DNA from: Podarcis liolepis
Lineage: Eukaryota
Assembly: GCA_965112155.1 (NCBI GenBank)
Contig: OZ218112.1
Direction: 5' to 3' (one strand)
DNA: 64,000 nt
The translations under genes and the position numbers were made by a program. Every line of letters begins with the position of its first letter. Positions within the stretch are counted from its first letter, which is position 1. The notes under the pieces were generated by a model. It saw only the letters and a list, made by a program, of their open reading frames with translations, ran no database searches and was not told where the DNA came from. This document shows positions 52,358 to 64,000 of the stretch, in pieces.

Positions 52358-52423
52358 CCCACCACGCTGACGAAGAATTCTACGAAACAGTAGTCAATAT
52401 CCGGAATCACTGTTCAGTGTTGG
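52358..52423 (+). ncRNA. Candidate degenerate type I hammerhead ribozyme (Penelope-like)
   Basis: CTGACGA (52367-73), short stem II, GAAA (52384-87), stem III CAGT/ACTG, GTT cleavage triplet, imperfect stem I. Confidence 0.4.
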
Positions 52424-52745
52424 AAATCATGTTTGCTGAATACACAAAGTTTCACAGCTTATCTTACATCGTACAAAGTCTGGTACCTCACTTCATTTAA
52501 AGATTTTCAGAGACTTTGAGACTAAAGATTTCATTTTGTACTTGTTATGGTTTGAAGGAATTCTATAAAGATTGTTTATTGTGTTTGTACATGGTCACCG
52601 TGTTGCCTAGACCTTGCTGATGGCCACTGTGAGAACAGGATACTGAACTAGATGGGACACATGATCGATCAGGTTCCTTTCATGTTCATGTGTTACAGAA
52701 AATGGAGAACACTTCCCCTCTTTCCCATAACACTGGAGCCTTAGG

Positions 52746-53235
52746 TCACCGGCTAGATTGGTGACTGGGAGTGGCCACCGAGACTATACAACACCGGTCC
52801 TAAACGACCTACATTGGCTGTCAGTACGTTTCCAAGCACAATTCAGAGTGTTGGTGCTCACCTTTAAAGTCCTAAATGGCCTCGGTCCAGTATACCTGAA
52901 GGAGTGTCTCCAGCCCCATCGTTCAGCCTGGACACTGAGGTCCAGCGCCGAGGGCCTTCTGGTGGTTCCCTCACTGTGAGAAGGAAAGCTACAGGGAACC
53001 AGGCAGAGGGCCTTCTCGGTAGTCACACCTGCCCTGTGGAACGCCCTAGTATCAGATGTCAAAAAGATAAACAACTACCTGACTTTTAGAAGACATCTGA
53101 AGGCAGCCCTGTTTAGGGAAGTTTTTAATGTTTGATGTTTTATTGCATTTTTAATATTCTGTTGGGAGCCGCCCAAAGTGGCTGGGGAAACCCAGACAGG
53201 TGGGCAGGGAATAAATAATAAATGATGATGATGAT
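52746..53235 (+). mobile_element. L2 LINE 3' fragment
   Basis: Peptide TPVLNDLHWLSVRFQAQFRVLVLTFKVLNGLGPVYL, then a 3' UTR and aat/gat tail. Confidence 0.85.
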
Positions 53236-54838
53236 GTAGCTGGTGGTCAGTAGATTCAAGAAGAGCAAAATGAACTCCTTCACACAATTAAACTTGTGAA
53301 ACTCACTGCCACAAGATGGAGCAATGGCCACTTAGGTAACATTCAAAGAATAATAGAATCAATGATGTGTAGGGTTGGAGGGGTTCCCATAGGCACCCAG
53401 CACAGGCCCCTACCATGCAGGAATATCAGCTAAAGCATCCATGACAAATGACCATCCAACCTCCGTATAGAACAAACTAAGGCCTGCGGGCTGGATAAGG
53501 CCCGAGGAACTCGTTTATCCGTCCCACAGCGACCCTCGCCGCCTGCTGCCGCTGCCCGCTCTTACCGGCGCTGCACTGCACGGCTGCCCACCTCTGGGTC
53601 AGAGGAGCACCAGAAATAGTTTGTGCGCATGCGCAAGCATTATTTGCACATGCACAAGCATTATTTCCAGTGCACATCTGGGTTGGAGGAGGCCCGTGCA
53701 CATGCGCACAAGCTATTTCCGGTGCTCCTCCGACCCAGAAGAGCGCCAGAAATATCATGTGTACACACGTATGGGCATACACTCCCCCGCCCTCCGGGCG
53801 ATCGGCACTGGAGACACCGGCCTGAGGCACGGTAAGTTTGCTGACTCCTGGTATAGAAACTTCCAGTGAAGGAAAGCCCACTGCCTCCAAAGGGAGATAA
53901 ACAAATTCATGAAAGAGATGACTTCTATCATTGGCTACCACAGTAGCCGAATAAAACCTCCACATTGAGAAACAGTCTATAGCTGGTGGAGGCAACAGTT
54001 AAAGGGGGGGGGCAATTGTCACCATGCCCCACCCGGGGACTTCATTGTAAACTTATGGTTACCCACTGTTGAGAAGAAAGATGCTGGCCCAGGTAGATAT
54101 TTTCTCTTATATTCAATTAAATGAGCAGTGAGATTTCAGAAATTCTAAGAATGTCACCCTAAAACAAATAACCAGCAAATAAATCCTCTTGGACCTCTTC
54201 TGACCAAACTTCAGATTAGGTTGCTTTAAAAAACCTTTTTCTCAGTTCAGCGGAGGCTGCCTCCACCTAGTGGCCACCAGAGCCAACGGGTGTGATCACT
54301 CAGCGTGCTCTGATGACAGGATTAGTAACTAGGCGCTCCACCAGACAACCTGTTTATTGAGCATCCATCCTGATTTGCTTGCACAAAGCTTATGTGGAGG
54401 TTAGACTATGCCCTGTCTTTATCAAGCATTTGCTCTGATTTATTTGTGGGGAGGTTATACAACAATAAGTCATAGTGATTTGTTCCTTGCATATTATAAA
54501 TCTCATTTGTTCATCTCACCTTTTTTATATACATTCCCCTGTCATTTTCCTACCTGCAAAAAGCAAAATAAATAAATACATAGTTTTGTTGTACTAAGGC
54601 ACCTGAGTCCCTTAATCCACTTTAATTACACAAACCTAAATTTCAGTGTGCACTGAACTGCAGCTACTAACGACCGCTCTAATTTACTAATTTATCTGTT
54701 GTCGATGTTTGTTTCTTGCCTTTCCTCCAAGGCACGTGCTATTTTATATGCATTGATGTGAACTGGGAAAAAATATATTACTGTAATTTATATAGAAATG
54801 CAGTACATGCCACCCTAGCAAGGAAGACTGTGATCAGA

Positions 54839-55080
54839 TGTCACAGACTTACTGGACGCAGAGGAATGGCGGGAGGAACCAGCTGGGGAACCCCCAAGGG
54901 AAGAAGGCTCAGAGCCCAGGAAGTGGTGGTGGGACAACGGTAAGTGGTCAGAGGGAGAAGACTGGGAAGGGGAGGTGCTGGAAGCTGAGGAAGTAAGAGG
55001 ACTTGGTGAGCAGGGAGAGTCAGTGGCAGAGAGGAGTCCAGGATAAGGAGCAGGAGAGGACACCAAGTGATCCCCTGCTT
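54839..55080 (+). mobile_element. Possible LTR-like repeat remnant
   Basis: Starts with TGT and is purine-rich. Resembles a dispersed lacertid repeat I recognise only loosely. Confidence 0.35.
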
Positions 55081-55983
55081 GTTTCCCCCAAGTCTTGGGG
55101 GGGGGGGTGAGTGTGCAGGTGGGCCAGGGGTGCGTGTTTCCAATGTTACAACTTTGCACCAAGTCCAGAGAATTCCAAGTCCAGAGAACTGGTGCTTAGG
55201 TGTTGGGAGCACTGATACCTTAAGGACAAGGGAGAATTATAGCTACCCCATCTCAAAAGGTGAAGCATAGCTAGAAAACCCATAGAGAATATAGAAGTAG
55301 CAATTCCAAACAGGAATCCAGGGAGTCCACTACATGAGAAGAACCAAAAGGATTAAAGGTCTTCTCTCCTTCTCCCATTGAAAAGGAGCTGAGGAGGAGG
55401 TTGGGTTAAGTGGGATGGAGGGAGCAATAGGAAACTCTCATTATACACAACCTGGAGGGGGACCCCCCTGGAAAATTCACAGGTGCAAACAAAAGCAGGA
55501 CTCCAGCACTTTTTTTCTTTTTAACACAGTGCACAATTAACCAATGGATGGAATGTTGTGAAGGTCAAAAGTTTAATTGGGTTTTAAACAGAAGTACACA
55601 AAATCATCTTATCCTTAAAGGAGAGAGAATGCTAATCACTGTGTGAATTGCAGAACTAGCTTCTCCAGACATCTGCTAAAATTCCTGAGGATCTACGATT
55701 TCTTGGGTGTTGCTTTTTTAAAACCACAACAACCAGAACAACACTGGAGTAAATTTGTATAGTCCCTGGAGTTGCAGAGCAATGTTCAGGTCTTTAATAA
55801 GCAATAAAGGCTAATAAGTTTTTAATCTGGAACCATCAAAGTGATCCAAAATTCAACTGAAACTTCTCAATGGAAAATGAATGGGCAAATTAAGCATCAG
55901 ATGTTGCTGACAAAGCACTGCATGTATAAATAAGTCAGTTCATTGAGACATTATCATCCCAAATAGATTTCTACCCCCATAAA

Positions 55984-56338
55984 AGGTAAAGGTAAAGGGA
56001 CCCCTGACCATTAGGTCCAGTCGTGACCGACTCTAGGGTTGTGGCGCTCATCTTGCTTTATTGGCCGAGGGAGGCAGCATACAGCTTCTGGGTCATGTGG
56101 CCAGCATGACTAAGCCGCTTCTGGTGAACCAGAGCAGCGCACAGAAACGCCGTTTACCTTCCCGCCGGAGCAGTACCTATTTATCTACTTGCACTTTGAC
56201 ATGCTTTCGAACTGCTAGGTTGGCAGTAGCTGGGACCGAGCAATGGGAGTTCACCCCATGGCGGGGATTCAAACTGCCAACCTTCTGATTGGCAAGTCCT
56301 AGGCTCTGTGGTTTAACCCACCGTGCCACCCGCGTCCC
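55984..56338 (-). mobile_element. Sauria SINE, full length
   Basis: Aligns to 24490-24843. TSD ccccataaaa on both sides. Confidence 0.92.
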
Positions 56339-57129
56339 TCCCCATAAAAAGGGCAGAACAAAGGATTAGGGTGTTGGTCTACCTTCCCTATAGGGAGTGG
56401 GGAGATGATCAAGCAAGGGTGGCAAACCTGTGGTCTTTCAAATTCTTCTGTCCTCCATCCATCCTTGACCACTGTGAGGGCCTAAGAAGTGGGCCTCCAT
56501 TCACAATATCAGGTTTAGGGTACATATGGGAAGGAAGTGACCCTTCTGAGACCACAGTCCTGAGCCATGAGAACATAAGAAGAAGAGCTGTGCTGGATCA
56601 AGTCAGTGGTCCATCTAGTCCAGCATCCTGTTCTCACAGTGGCTGACCAGATGTTCTGGTAGGAAGCCTCAAATAGGACCTGAAGGCAACCACACTCTCC
56701 CCACTTGTGATTCCCAGCCAGAATCACAAACATAAGACCTCTGAAAGCAGAGGAAGAGCATAGCCATCAGGGTGCGCAGCCATTTCAATTAGTAGCCGAT
56801 TTTAATTAGTTTTTGTACATTTCAACGGCGTGGTTCACACAACACTTTCAACAAACATGGGTGTAGCTCCCAGCACCATGGCACAAAGATGGAGGTGGTT
56901 TAAGGGAAACAATGTTCCCATAATTTTAGGAGTCTGCACACCCAACATGTTGCATGTTTACCTGCAAACCATAGTTTATAGTTAACTATGCTTTAAATCA
57001 AGGGTGCTAAGCATTAAGCCCTCTAGATGTTGTGGGTTGATGGGAGTTGGAGTCCAGCAACATCTGGCACAGCATTGGTTTCCCCTGGTTTAATGTGGCA
57101 TGTAGGTGGATTCATTATGTGAGCTTAAA

Positions 57130-57850
57130 GAGACATTATTTCATTGCACAGAGGAGAAATGAGAAATTAACCATTTGGATTTTCCTTAACAAGCGGACGA
57201 AGGAACCATGAAGGTATACTTTTAAAAAACACCACATATACAGGTTTTTAAAGCACGAAATATTGACAGGTTGCATAAATATATTCCAAGAGAGCTGCAA
57301 ATGTCTATAGTGCTGATTGCAGTAATTTCCAAACACACCCACTTATCGATGAATATATTATTATAGATGTTACCATTTCTCCCGAGTACCAGATCTGTTA
57401 GTCTCTCCACCTCTGTGAGATATAAGCACTTCCACAGTCGTTCCCAAGTGGCCACAGGTTGTGAGTTTTCCATAATCACATGCCAGTTTGCTGAGATTCA
57501 CTAAACTTGCTATTAAAGATTTCATACCATTTGGTATACCAGTTCTGATCCAGTTAAACATGATCAACATAGGGCTTAATCCCACCCTTTCCCCTGTAAT
57601 TTCTGATACCATGAATATTATTTGTCTCCAGAAATTGTGTGCTGCTGGCATTCCTATAAAGGAGAATAATATTTGTGACTTACTATTTTCAGCACCTGAA
57701 GTGTTTATCGTACAGCAAGGCTGCAAATTATGCGGAAGCTATGTTCCAAGGATTGCGCCTAAAGCCAAAATGGCATATAATCAAAACACATTGGGTGCAA
57801 TGGTGGGTGGGAGTTTTTCCCAGATGTCCTCTGTGTTTCCTCCACACACC
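57130..57850 (-). mobile_element. Degraded L1-like LINE 3' fragment
   Basis: Frameshifted minus-strand peptides (FWRQIIFMVSEITG..LSPMLIMFN, WERLWKCLYLTEVERLT..KW) resemble the L1 ORF2 C-terminus seen at 51110-51521. Confidence 0.5.
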
Positions 57851-58402
57851 CCTTCTTTATTTTATTTTATTTTATTTTATTTTATTTTATTTTATTTTAT
57901 TTTTTGCCAAGCTCATAAAGCTGAATTTACAAGTTACAGTATTCATATAAGTCTGGCCAGTGTTAATAATATATACTAAGCTCTGAAGGTTATAACCTGA
58001 ATATAGCTTGAAGCCTGGAAGTGGACTGATCCCAATTAATACTCTAGCAGCCATCTTCTGTACTAACCACAGTTGCTGAACAGTCTTGAATGGAAGCCCC
58101 ACATACAATGCATTTCAGTAATCTAAGCTCCCACCCAACAGCAGACAGTCACTAGTTATGGTGAGAAATCTGAGAAAGAGCAGATGAAAGCCTTCAGTGC
58201 CTATCAGCTGTGGTGGCTACGCAATGCATATAAGCTGCCTTACATTGAGCCAAATCATTGGTCCGTCCACTACAATCCTGCCTACACTGATTAGAAATGG
58301 ATCTCCAAGGTTTCAGTAAGGGATATCTGGGGATTGACACTTGGACATTCTATCTCTAAAGCATAAACTATACCACTGTGCTATATGGCCCTTCCTGTAA
58401 GC

Positions 58403-58538
58403 CAGTGATGGCCAAACTTGGCCCTCCAACTGTTTTGGGACTACAACTCCCATCATCCCTAGCTAACAGGACCAGTGGTCAGGGATGGTGGGAACTGTAG
58501 TCCCAAAACAGCGGGAGGGCCAAGTTTGGCCATTACTG
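58403..58538. mobile_element. Palindromic hAT MITE
   Basis: Near-complete hairpin, 8-bp TSD ctgtaagc. Related to 62111-62246. Confidence 0.85.
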
Positions 58539-58547
58539 CTGTAAGCA

Positions 58548-58637
58548 CATAGCTGTCAACTTTCTCCTTTTTTAAAGGGAAATTCCCTTATTCTGAATAG
58601 GATTCCTTGCAAGAAAAGGGAAAAGTTGACAGCTATG
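58548..58637. mobile_element. 90-bp hAT-type MITE
   Basis: TIR catagctgtcaacttt / aaagttgacagctatg, 8-bp TSD tgtaagca. Confidence 0.8.
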
Positions 58638-58795
58638 TGTAAGCAATATGAGGAGGACTGGGCTGTTGCCTTCAAGCCTTGACTTGTGGGCTTCCTGGAG
58701 GCATCTGGTTAGCTTCTGCAAAGCAGGTTAGCAGACCAGATGAACCTTTGGGTCAAGCCAGATGGACCTAGATGGATCCAGCAAGACCTTATGGA

Positions 58796-59014
58796 CAGTG
58801 GTGGAGCTTCATGCTCCGGCACCGTGGAGAGCTGGTGGGGGCAGGGCTGGCATGCGTCCCGGGCGGGGCAGGATGTGCGTCCTGGGGGTGGGGCGTGCCG
58901 TCTGCAGGGGCAGGGCGCCCAGCGTGGGGGCGGCAGCTGTGATGGCACCCCACCGGCATCACGCTGCCAGGGGCACTGCGCTCCCCCCCCCGCACTCCTC
59001 TTCCTCCGCCAGTG
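58796..59014. mobile_element. hAT-type non-autonomous element, GC-rich
   Basis: Ends cagtggtggag / ctccgccagtg, perfect 8-bp TSD cttatgga. Confidence 0.8.
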
Positions 59015-59334
59015 CTTATGGACTCACCCACTTGGCCACATACCCCACCCTAGCACTGGAATAGATTATGCTGTCAGAATGTTGTTAGGAATGCTGGGGG
59101 TGTCACGTGGTTCCGTGGTAGGTCAGAATAATATGCAGCCAGCATGGGAAAGACAATGACTAAAGAAACAATGCACAGCTTTTCCCATACATTCCTATGG
59201 TTCTCCATCTTTATAGGGCCACACTTGTGCCAAGGTAGGGTACCCGTGAGGGATGAATGCATGCCTTACTTACTTACTTACTTATGTATGTACTTACTTA
59301 CTTACTTACTTACCTGCCTGCCTGCCTACTTATT

Positions 59335-59820
59335 TATTTACTTACTTTATAAGATTTCTCACCTGCACTTCACCATAAGGTCTCAGAGTGGGTTACAACA
59401 ATACAATACAGAGAACTATTTAATAGCAGATTAAAACACTTTAATGACAAGAGGCACCAAACCTTTCCAAATGGAGCAGTACAGTGTGATTTCAGCAAAA
59501 TTTCAGGTGTCTCCAACAAGACACCTTAAACTGTCAAAGGCCAGCGTGAATAGGTGTATCTTCAGTATTTGGCAAAAGCTGTACAGTCAGAGGGGAATTC
59601 ACCAGCTTAGGGACTGCCACAGAAGATCTCCACTTCCAGGACACCACCATCCCAAACTTCTGAGGGTGGTGGAACTACCTGCTTTGTCAGTCTTAACACC
59701 CAAGAGGACCTAAAGGCACAGAGATGGTTTTTGAGATATTTGGGGCCTAACTTGCTTAGGGCTTCAGTCAGGAATGAGGAGCACCCTGAATTGAGAAGGG
59801 AAACAAGTGACCACTGGTGA
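59335..59820 (-). mobile_element. L2 LINE 3' fragment, degraded
   Basis: Peptide ALSKLGPKYLKNHL. A (TTAC)n/(TTTA)n tract marks the 3' end. Confidence 0.6.
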
Positions 59821-60666
59821 GCTATTAAAACATATATTTTAATAGCCCCGCCAGCTCTAAATGGAACCCCAGCCATCACCTCAAAGGAGACCTTAGGGGC
59901 TCTGCGTCTAACCCTACAAACCTATTCTGTTTCAACCCAAAAGTAAAATGTTTTGACTTTCCTCATGCCAAAGGAACTTGGGGTGCATTGAATGGTGTGG
60001 GGACACCTAACATGGTTGTTGCTGAAGCTAGAGGGGCATGGATGCAATTGGAAAACTTCTATTTGGGAGTGGGGTGTGCCTAGGAAACCCCATGTAAAGT
60101 TACCGCCTTTATTTTATATTATTTTAGGCAAGCACCTACCCCTTCCTTTCAGCCTGCAGGAGGGCCCTTTCCAGACTGCAAACATAGACGCGGATAATGG
60201 GATTAGGCAGTACAGTAAATTGATTCAATCATTAAAACAGTGACATGATGAGAGGCGTGCAAAATTGCTGAGTCAGTTTAAAAATGCATTGGCACAGCAG
60301 AAAGATAAAAGTGATTAAAGGGGTGGGGGATCTTAAAGACTTTGCCACCCTCCTAAAATGCAGAATGTAGTGAAGGTTCTTTTCAGAACTGCAACTGGGG
60401 GTGGACAAATCAAGTCAATTTCTCTCTCCCTCCCCATTAAAGTTTTTCATAATACAGGATAAAAGAAACTAATCCAAATAAAAACAGAAATAGAGAAAGA
60501 GAAAGAGAAAACACTGCATCCTCTCCCAAAGGTAGCTCTTAACCCTTGATGTGCACAGAAAGTGGTGGACCCTTTCTGTGGCACCCAGGTGGGACCCTCC
60601 CACCTGGGAGTTTTCCTTTCTTCTCCCAATCTCTCATCCTGGGAGGTCTTCCCTTCCCTGCCTCCA

Positions 60667-60900
60667 GAGAGCCAGTGTGGTGTAGCGGCATAATCTGGTG
60701 AACTGGGTTCGCATCTCCGCTCCTCCACCTGCAGCTGCTGGGTGACCTTGGGCCAGCCACACTTCTCTGAAGTCTCTCAGCCTCACTCACCTCACAGAGT
60801 GTTTGTTGTGGGGGAGGAAGGGAAAGGAGATTGTTAGCCCCTTTGAGACTCCTCAGGGTAGAGGTAAAGCGGGATATCAAATCCAAACTCCTCCTCTTCT
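60667..60900 (+). mobile_element. Squam3-type tRNA-derived SINE
   Basis: Head gagagccagtgtggtgtag, B-box-like gggttcgcatc, core gctgggtgaccttgggccag, and a CT-rich tail. Older related copies lie near 9368-9540 and 47435-47630. Confidence 0.7.
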
Positions 60901-61120
60901 TTCACAAATCAAGTAAGTTTTCGAGTTCATCATTTTTCCAGCCTTATATTCAGTTTTCCATATTGCCATAGCAATCTGTGATCTTTCCCCCACCTTTTTA
61001 AAATTTTCATGAAAATTCATCAGCATCTTGGTGTGATTTTCTTCTAATACTGACATTTTTCTATGCAATTTTGACTGACACACATATTTCTCCCCATGCA
61101 GTTTTTGCTAATATTTTGTA

Positions 61121-61353
61121 CAGTGGAACCTCAGTTGTCGAACGTAATCTGTTCTGGAAGACCATTTGACTTCCAAAATGTTTGACAACTGAGGCACAAT
61201 GGGAATTTCATTGGAGAAAATGGAGATATGCACCTCAGAAGCTGTTTGACTTCCGATGTGTGTTCGAAAACGGAAGCATTCACTTCCGAATTTTCAGCGT
61301 TTAGGTTCTGAATCATTCGGTTTCCGAAAAACTCGAAAACCGAGGTTCCACTG
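61121..61353. mobile_element. Tc1/mariner MITE
   Basis: TIRs cagtggaacctc / gaggttccactg, TA TSD. Inserted into an older repeat. Confidence 0.82.
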
Positions 61354-62110
61354 TACATGGGTTTTTAAAATGCACATTGTCTTCACTTTTGTAAGCAATG
61401 GTTGGTTGGAGAATTGCACCATGAAGTTTGGAGGAGCGCAGATTTCAAAAGGATGGCTGCATTTCAGCTTGGGGAAAGGCTGGGGGGACTCTGCTATACA
61501 GCCGAAAATAAAACATTTTAAGTGTTTTGTAAAGTGCATTATACAAATGTGACACTAGGTGGTGATGGTGGCAAATTCAATATATTTTTCAAAACTTTTT
61601 AAAACGTGTTTTTAACAGCGTTTTTCATATGTGTCTAGATTCCACCTGTGTTTTGGGTCACATATTGTTACAGGAAGTGTGACTTAGGTAGGTTCACCTT
61701 TAAGTGGGAGCTGAATCAAGTTTTTGCCCCATCTCTAGCTGTGACCCACTAGGGCAGGGGCAGGGAGCCAGTGGACCTCCTGATCTTGTTGAACTCCAGT
61801 TCCCTGCAACTCCAGCAGCCAGCATGATGTTATAGTCCAAAGAGAATACTGGTCTAAATGGACCAAATGGTCTGACTTGGTAGATGGCAGCTTCCTATGT
61901 TCATGTCCCCAGCATCTTCACATAGGCAGTGTTTATCAAATTGGGTCCTTGGCTGTTGTTGGACTACAACGCCCATCATCCCTAGCTAGCTGGACCAGTG
62001 ATCAGAGATTATGGGAGTTGTAGTCCATCAACAGCTAGGAACCCAAGTGTGAAACCCAGGAAAGCTGCTGCTAGTCAATGTAGACAAAGCTGAGCTTGAT
62101 AGACCTATGG

Positions 62111-62246
62111 CAGGCATAGGCAAACTCAGTCCTCCAGATGTTTTGGGACTACAACTCCCATCATCCCTAGCTAACAGGACCAGTGGTCAGGGATGATGGG
62201 AGTTGTGGTCCCAAAACATCTGGAGGGCCGAGTTTGCCTATGCCTG
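62111..62246. mobile_element. Palindromic hAT MITE
   Basis: TIR caggcataggcaaactc / gagtttgcctatgcctg, TSD acctatgg / aactatgg. Confidence 0.85.
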
Positions 62247-62784
62247 AACTATGGTCTGACACTGTATACTACTACACTGTTGGGATGTACTCTGTTCCTA
62301 AATGAGTACATCCCAACAAATCCAACTAAGAAATTTATTTAGGAAAGATACAAAATGGGTTTAGATTCTTCCTAGATGGCAAGGGTGCCTTGGAGGATGG
62401 AACAGGGCAGGGCAGGACACAGGTGATAATTTGAACTAATGCAGTACCTCTCCTTTAAACAACCATTTGGAAGAGGACTCCATGGAAAAGCAGAGACTGA
62501 AGCAAGACCTGCTGGTTGCCGTGATGTGTGTATTCTTGGTGCTCCTGATTTTGCTCATTGTTGGCTGCACTGTTCTTCACTACAAGCTGATGACAGACGA
62601 CATGTAAGTTTCACCTATCACAACACACACACACCAACTTGTGCGTGCACCAGCATGTAGAGTTGCTGTTTGAAAGGGGACCAAATCTCAGTCCTTTGCA
62701 TTCAGAAGGACCCAGGTTCAATCCCCAATATCTACAAAGAGGATTGGGGAAAACATCTGTCTGAAACCAAGGAAAGTGAAACCA

Positions 62785-63143
62785 AGGAAAGGGAGAATGG
62801 TTGAGGGAGCTGGGTATGTTTAGCCTGCAGAAGACTGAGCGGTAGTCTGATACCCATCTTCAAATATCTGAAGAGCTGTCACATGGATGATGCAGCAAGC
62901 TTGTTTTCAATGGAGTTAAAGGGATTCCAACTTAATATTAGGAACTGACAGTAAGAGGTGTTTGACAGCACAATGCACTACCTTGGAAGGTGGTGGCCTC
63001 TCCTTTCTTGGAGGTTTTTAAGCAGAGGTTGGAGGGCCACCTGTCGTGGATGCTTTAGTTGGATGCATTTCAGGGAGTCAGACTAGATGACCCTCAGGGT
63101 CCCTTACAACTCTACAGTTCTACAATTCTATGATTCCATGATT
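62785..63143 (+). mobile_element. CR1 LINE 3' fragment
   Basis: Degraded CR1 ORF2 end and ttctatgatt terminal repeats. Confidence 0.8.
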
Positions 63144-64000
63144 ATTGGTCAGTGGAGTCAATACTGAGCTAGATGGTTATATTATGATTATTTGTCACTT
63201 TTTGCACTGAAGTGTCACAAAGTAACTGTGATCACATACACACTATACATTTAGAACTGACGGCTTCCACCCAAAGAATCATGGGAACTGTAGTTTGTTA
63301 GGGATGTTGGGAATATTAGCGTTATGAGGGGTAGACTATAACACCCAATGATTCTTTCTGGGAAAGCATTTTTGCTAAAAGTGTTATGATTGGGCCATAC
63401 ATGTATGTTGCCCTTGCATAATGAAAACTGAAACAGCAAATGTCACCAACAGCAATAAAGCCAAGGGATTTGAGATGGTTATATAAAGCCACATCCTATG
63501 AGAAATGTTGGGCTGTAGAAAAGGGGCAGGGCATTTGCTTTGCATGTGGAACAGAGGAACCACCTTCTGTGGGGGATTGAGGGGGCCTGAAGCAATATCC
63601 TAACATTGCACATGGGGCCCTATGAACATTGAGGGGGCCTGCCTCCCTAAAACAAAGTTTGGGGGCATAGTGCCTTGGCCCCCAGGAGCTGGCAGCCTTG
63701 ATATAGACGGGCCCAGGTTCAGTCCCTGGCATCTTCAGACAGGGCTGGGAGAGACTCCTGTTTAAAATCCTGGAGAGCCCCTGCCAGGCAGATTGGATGA
63801 GACTGAGCTTGATGGACTGATAGACTGACATGGTATATTAGAGCATAGCAGCAGCAGTAACAACAACAACAATTAATGATATAGCTGATAACTTAGTGCA
63901 GGAGGCCCTCTTGACTGTGCTGTAGCCAGGCATGCTGCCTTGGCCCCATGACAGTCAGTCCTTGGGGTGTGCCGACTGTTAGGTTGTGGGTGAACATATC

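Noticed and set aside
60995-61030. Minus-strand CTGATGA...GAAA hammerhead-like boxes
   Set aside because: No stem III or NUH triplet can be formed. It lies in an old dispersed repeat.

Overview
Eukaryotic genomic DNA from a squamate reptile. The Sauria/Squam1 SINEs, Squam3 SINEs, CR1, L2, L1 and RTE LINEs and many hAT and Tc1/mariner MITEs point to a lacertid lizard. The window holds the 5' end of ATP11C (P4-ATPase phospholipid flippase) on the minus strand: a CpG-island promoter at about 48.0-49.5 kb and six coding exons (48318-48344, 13016-13135, 8078-8167, 5069-5149, 4782-4889, 4014-4142). All introns are GT-AG and phase 0, and the exons join into 185 residues from [21 protein letters not shown] to ...SLDGESNVK. 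The gene continues beyond position 1. Intron 1 is about 35 kb, and 49.5-64 kb looks like repeat-rich upstream intergenic DNA. I found no second protein-coding gene and no convincingly new biological system. The best leads are: a degenerate Penelope-type hammerhead ribozyme motif next to a perfect 28-bp hairpin; a ~770-bp intronic duplication whose boundary is exactly a CR1 3' tail; a template-switch inversion that copied flanking DNA into a MITE; a candidate alternative coding first exon; an L1 fragment with a 22-bp TSD nested in a MITE; and two different hAT MITEs inserted at the same target site. Repeat family names come from my recognition of the sequences, not from a database search, and boundaries of old repeats are approximate.
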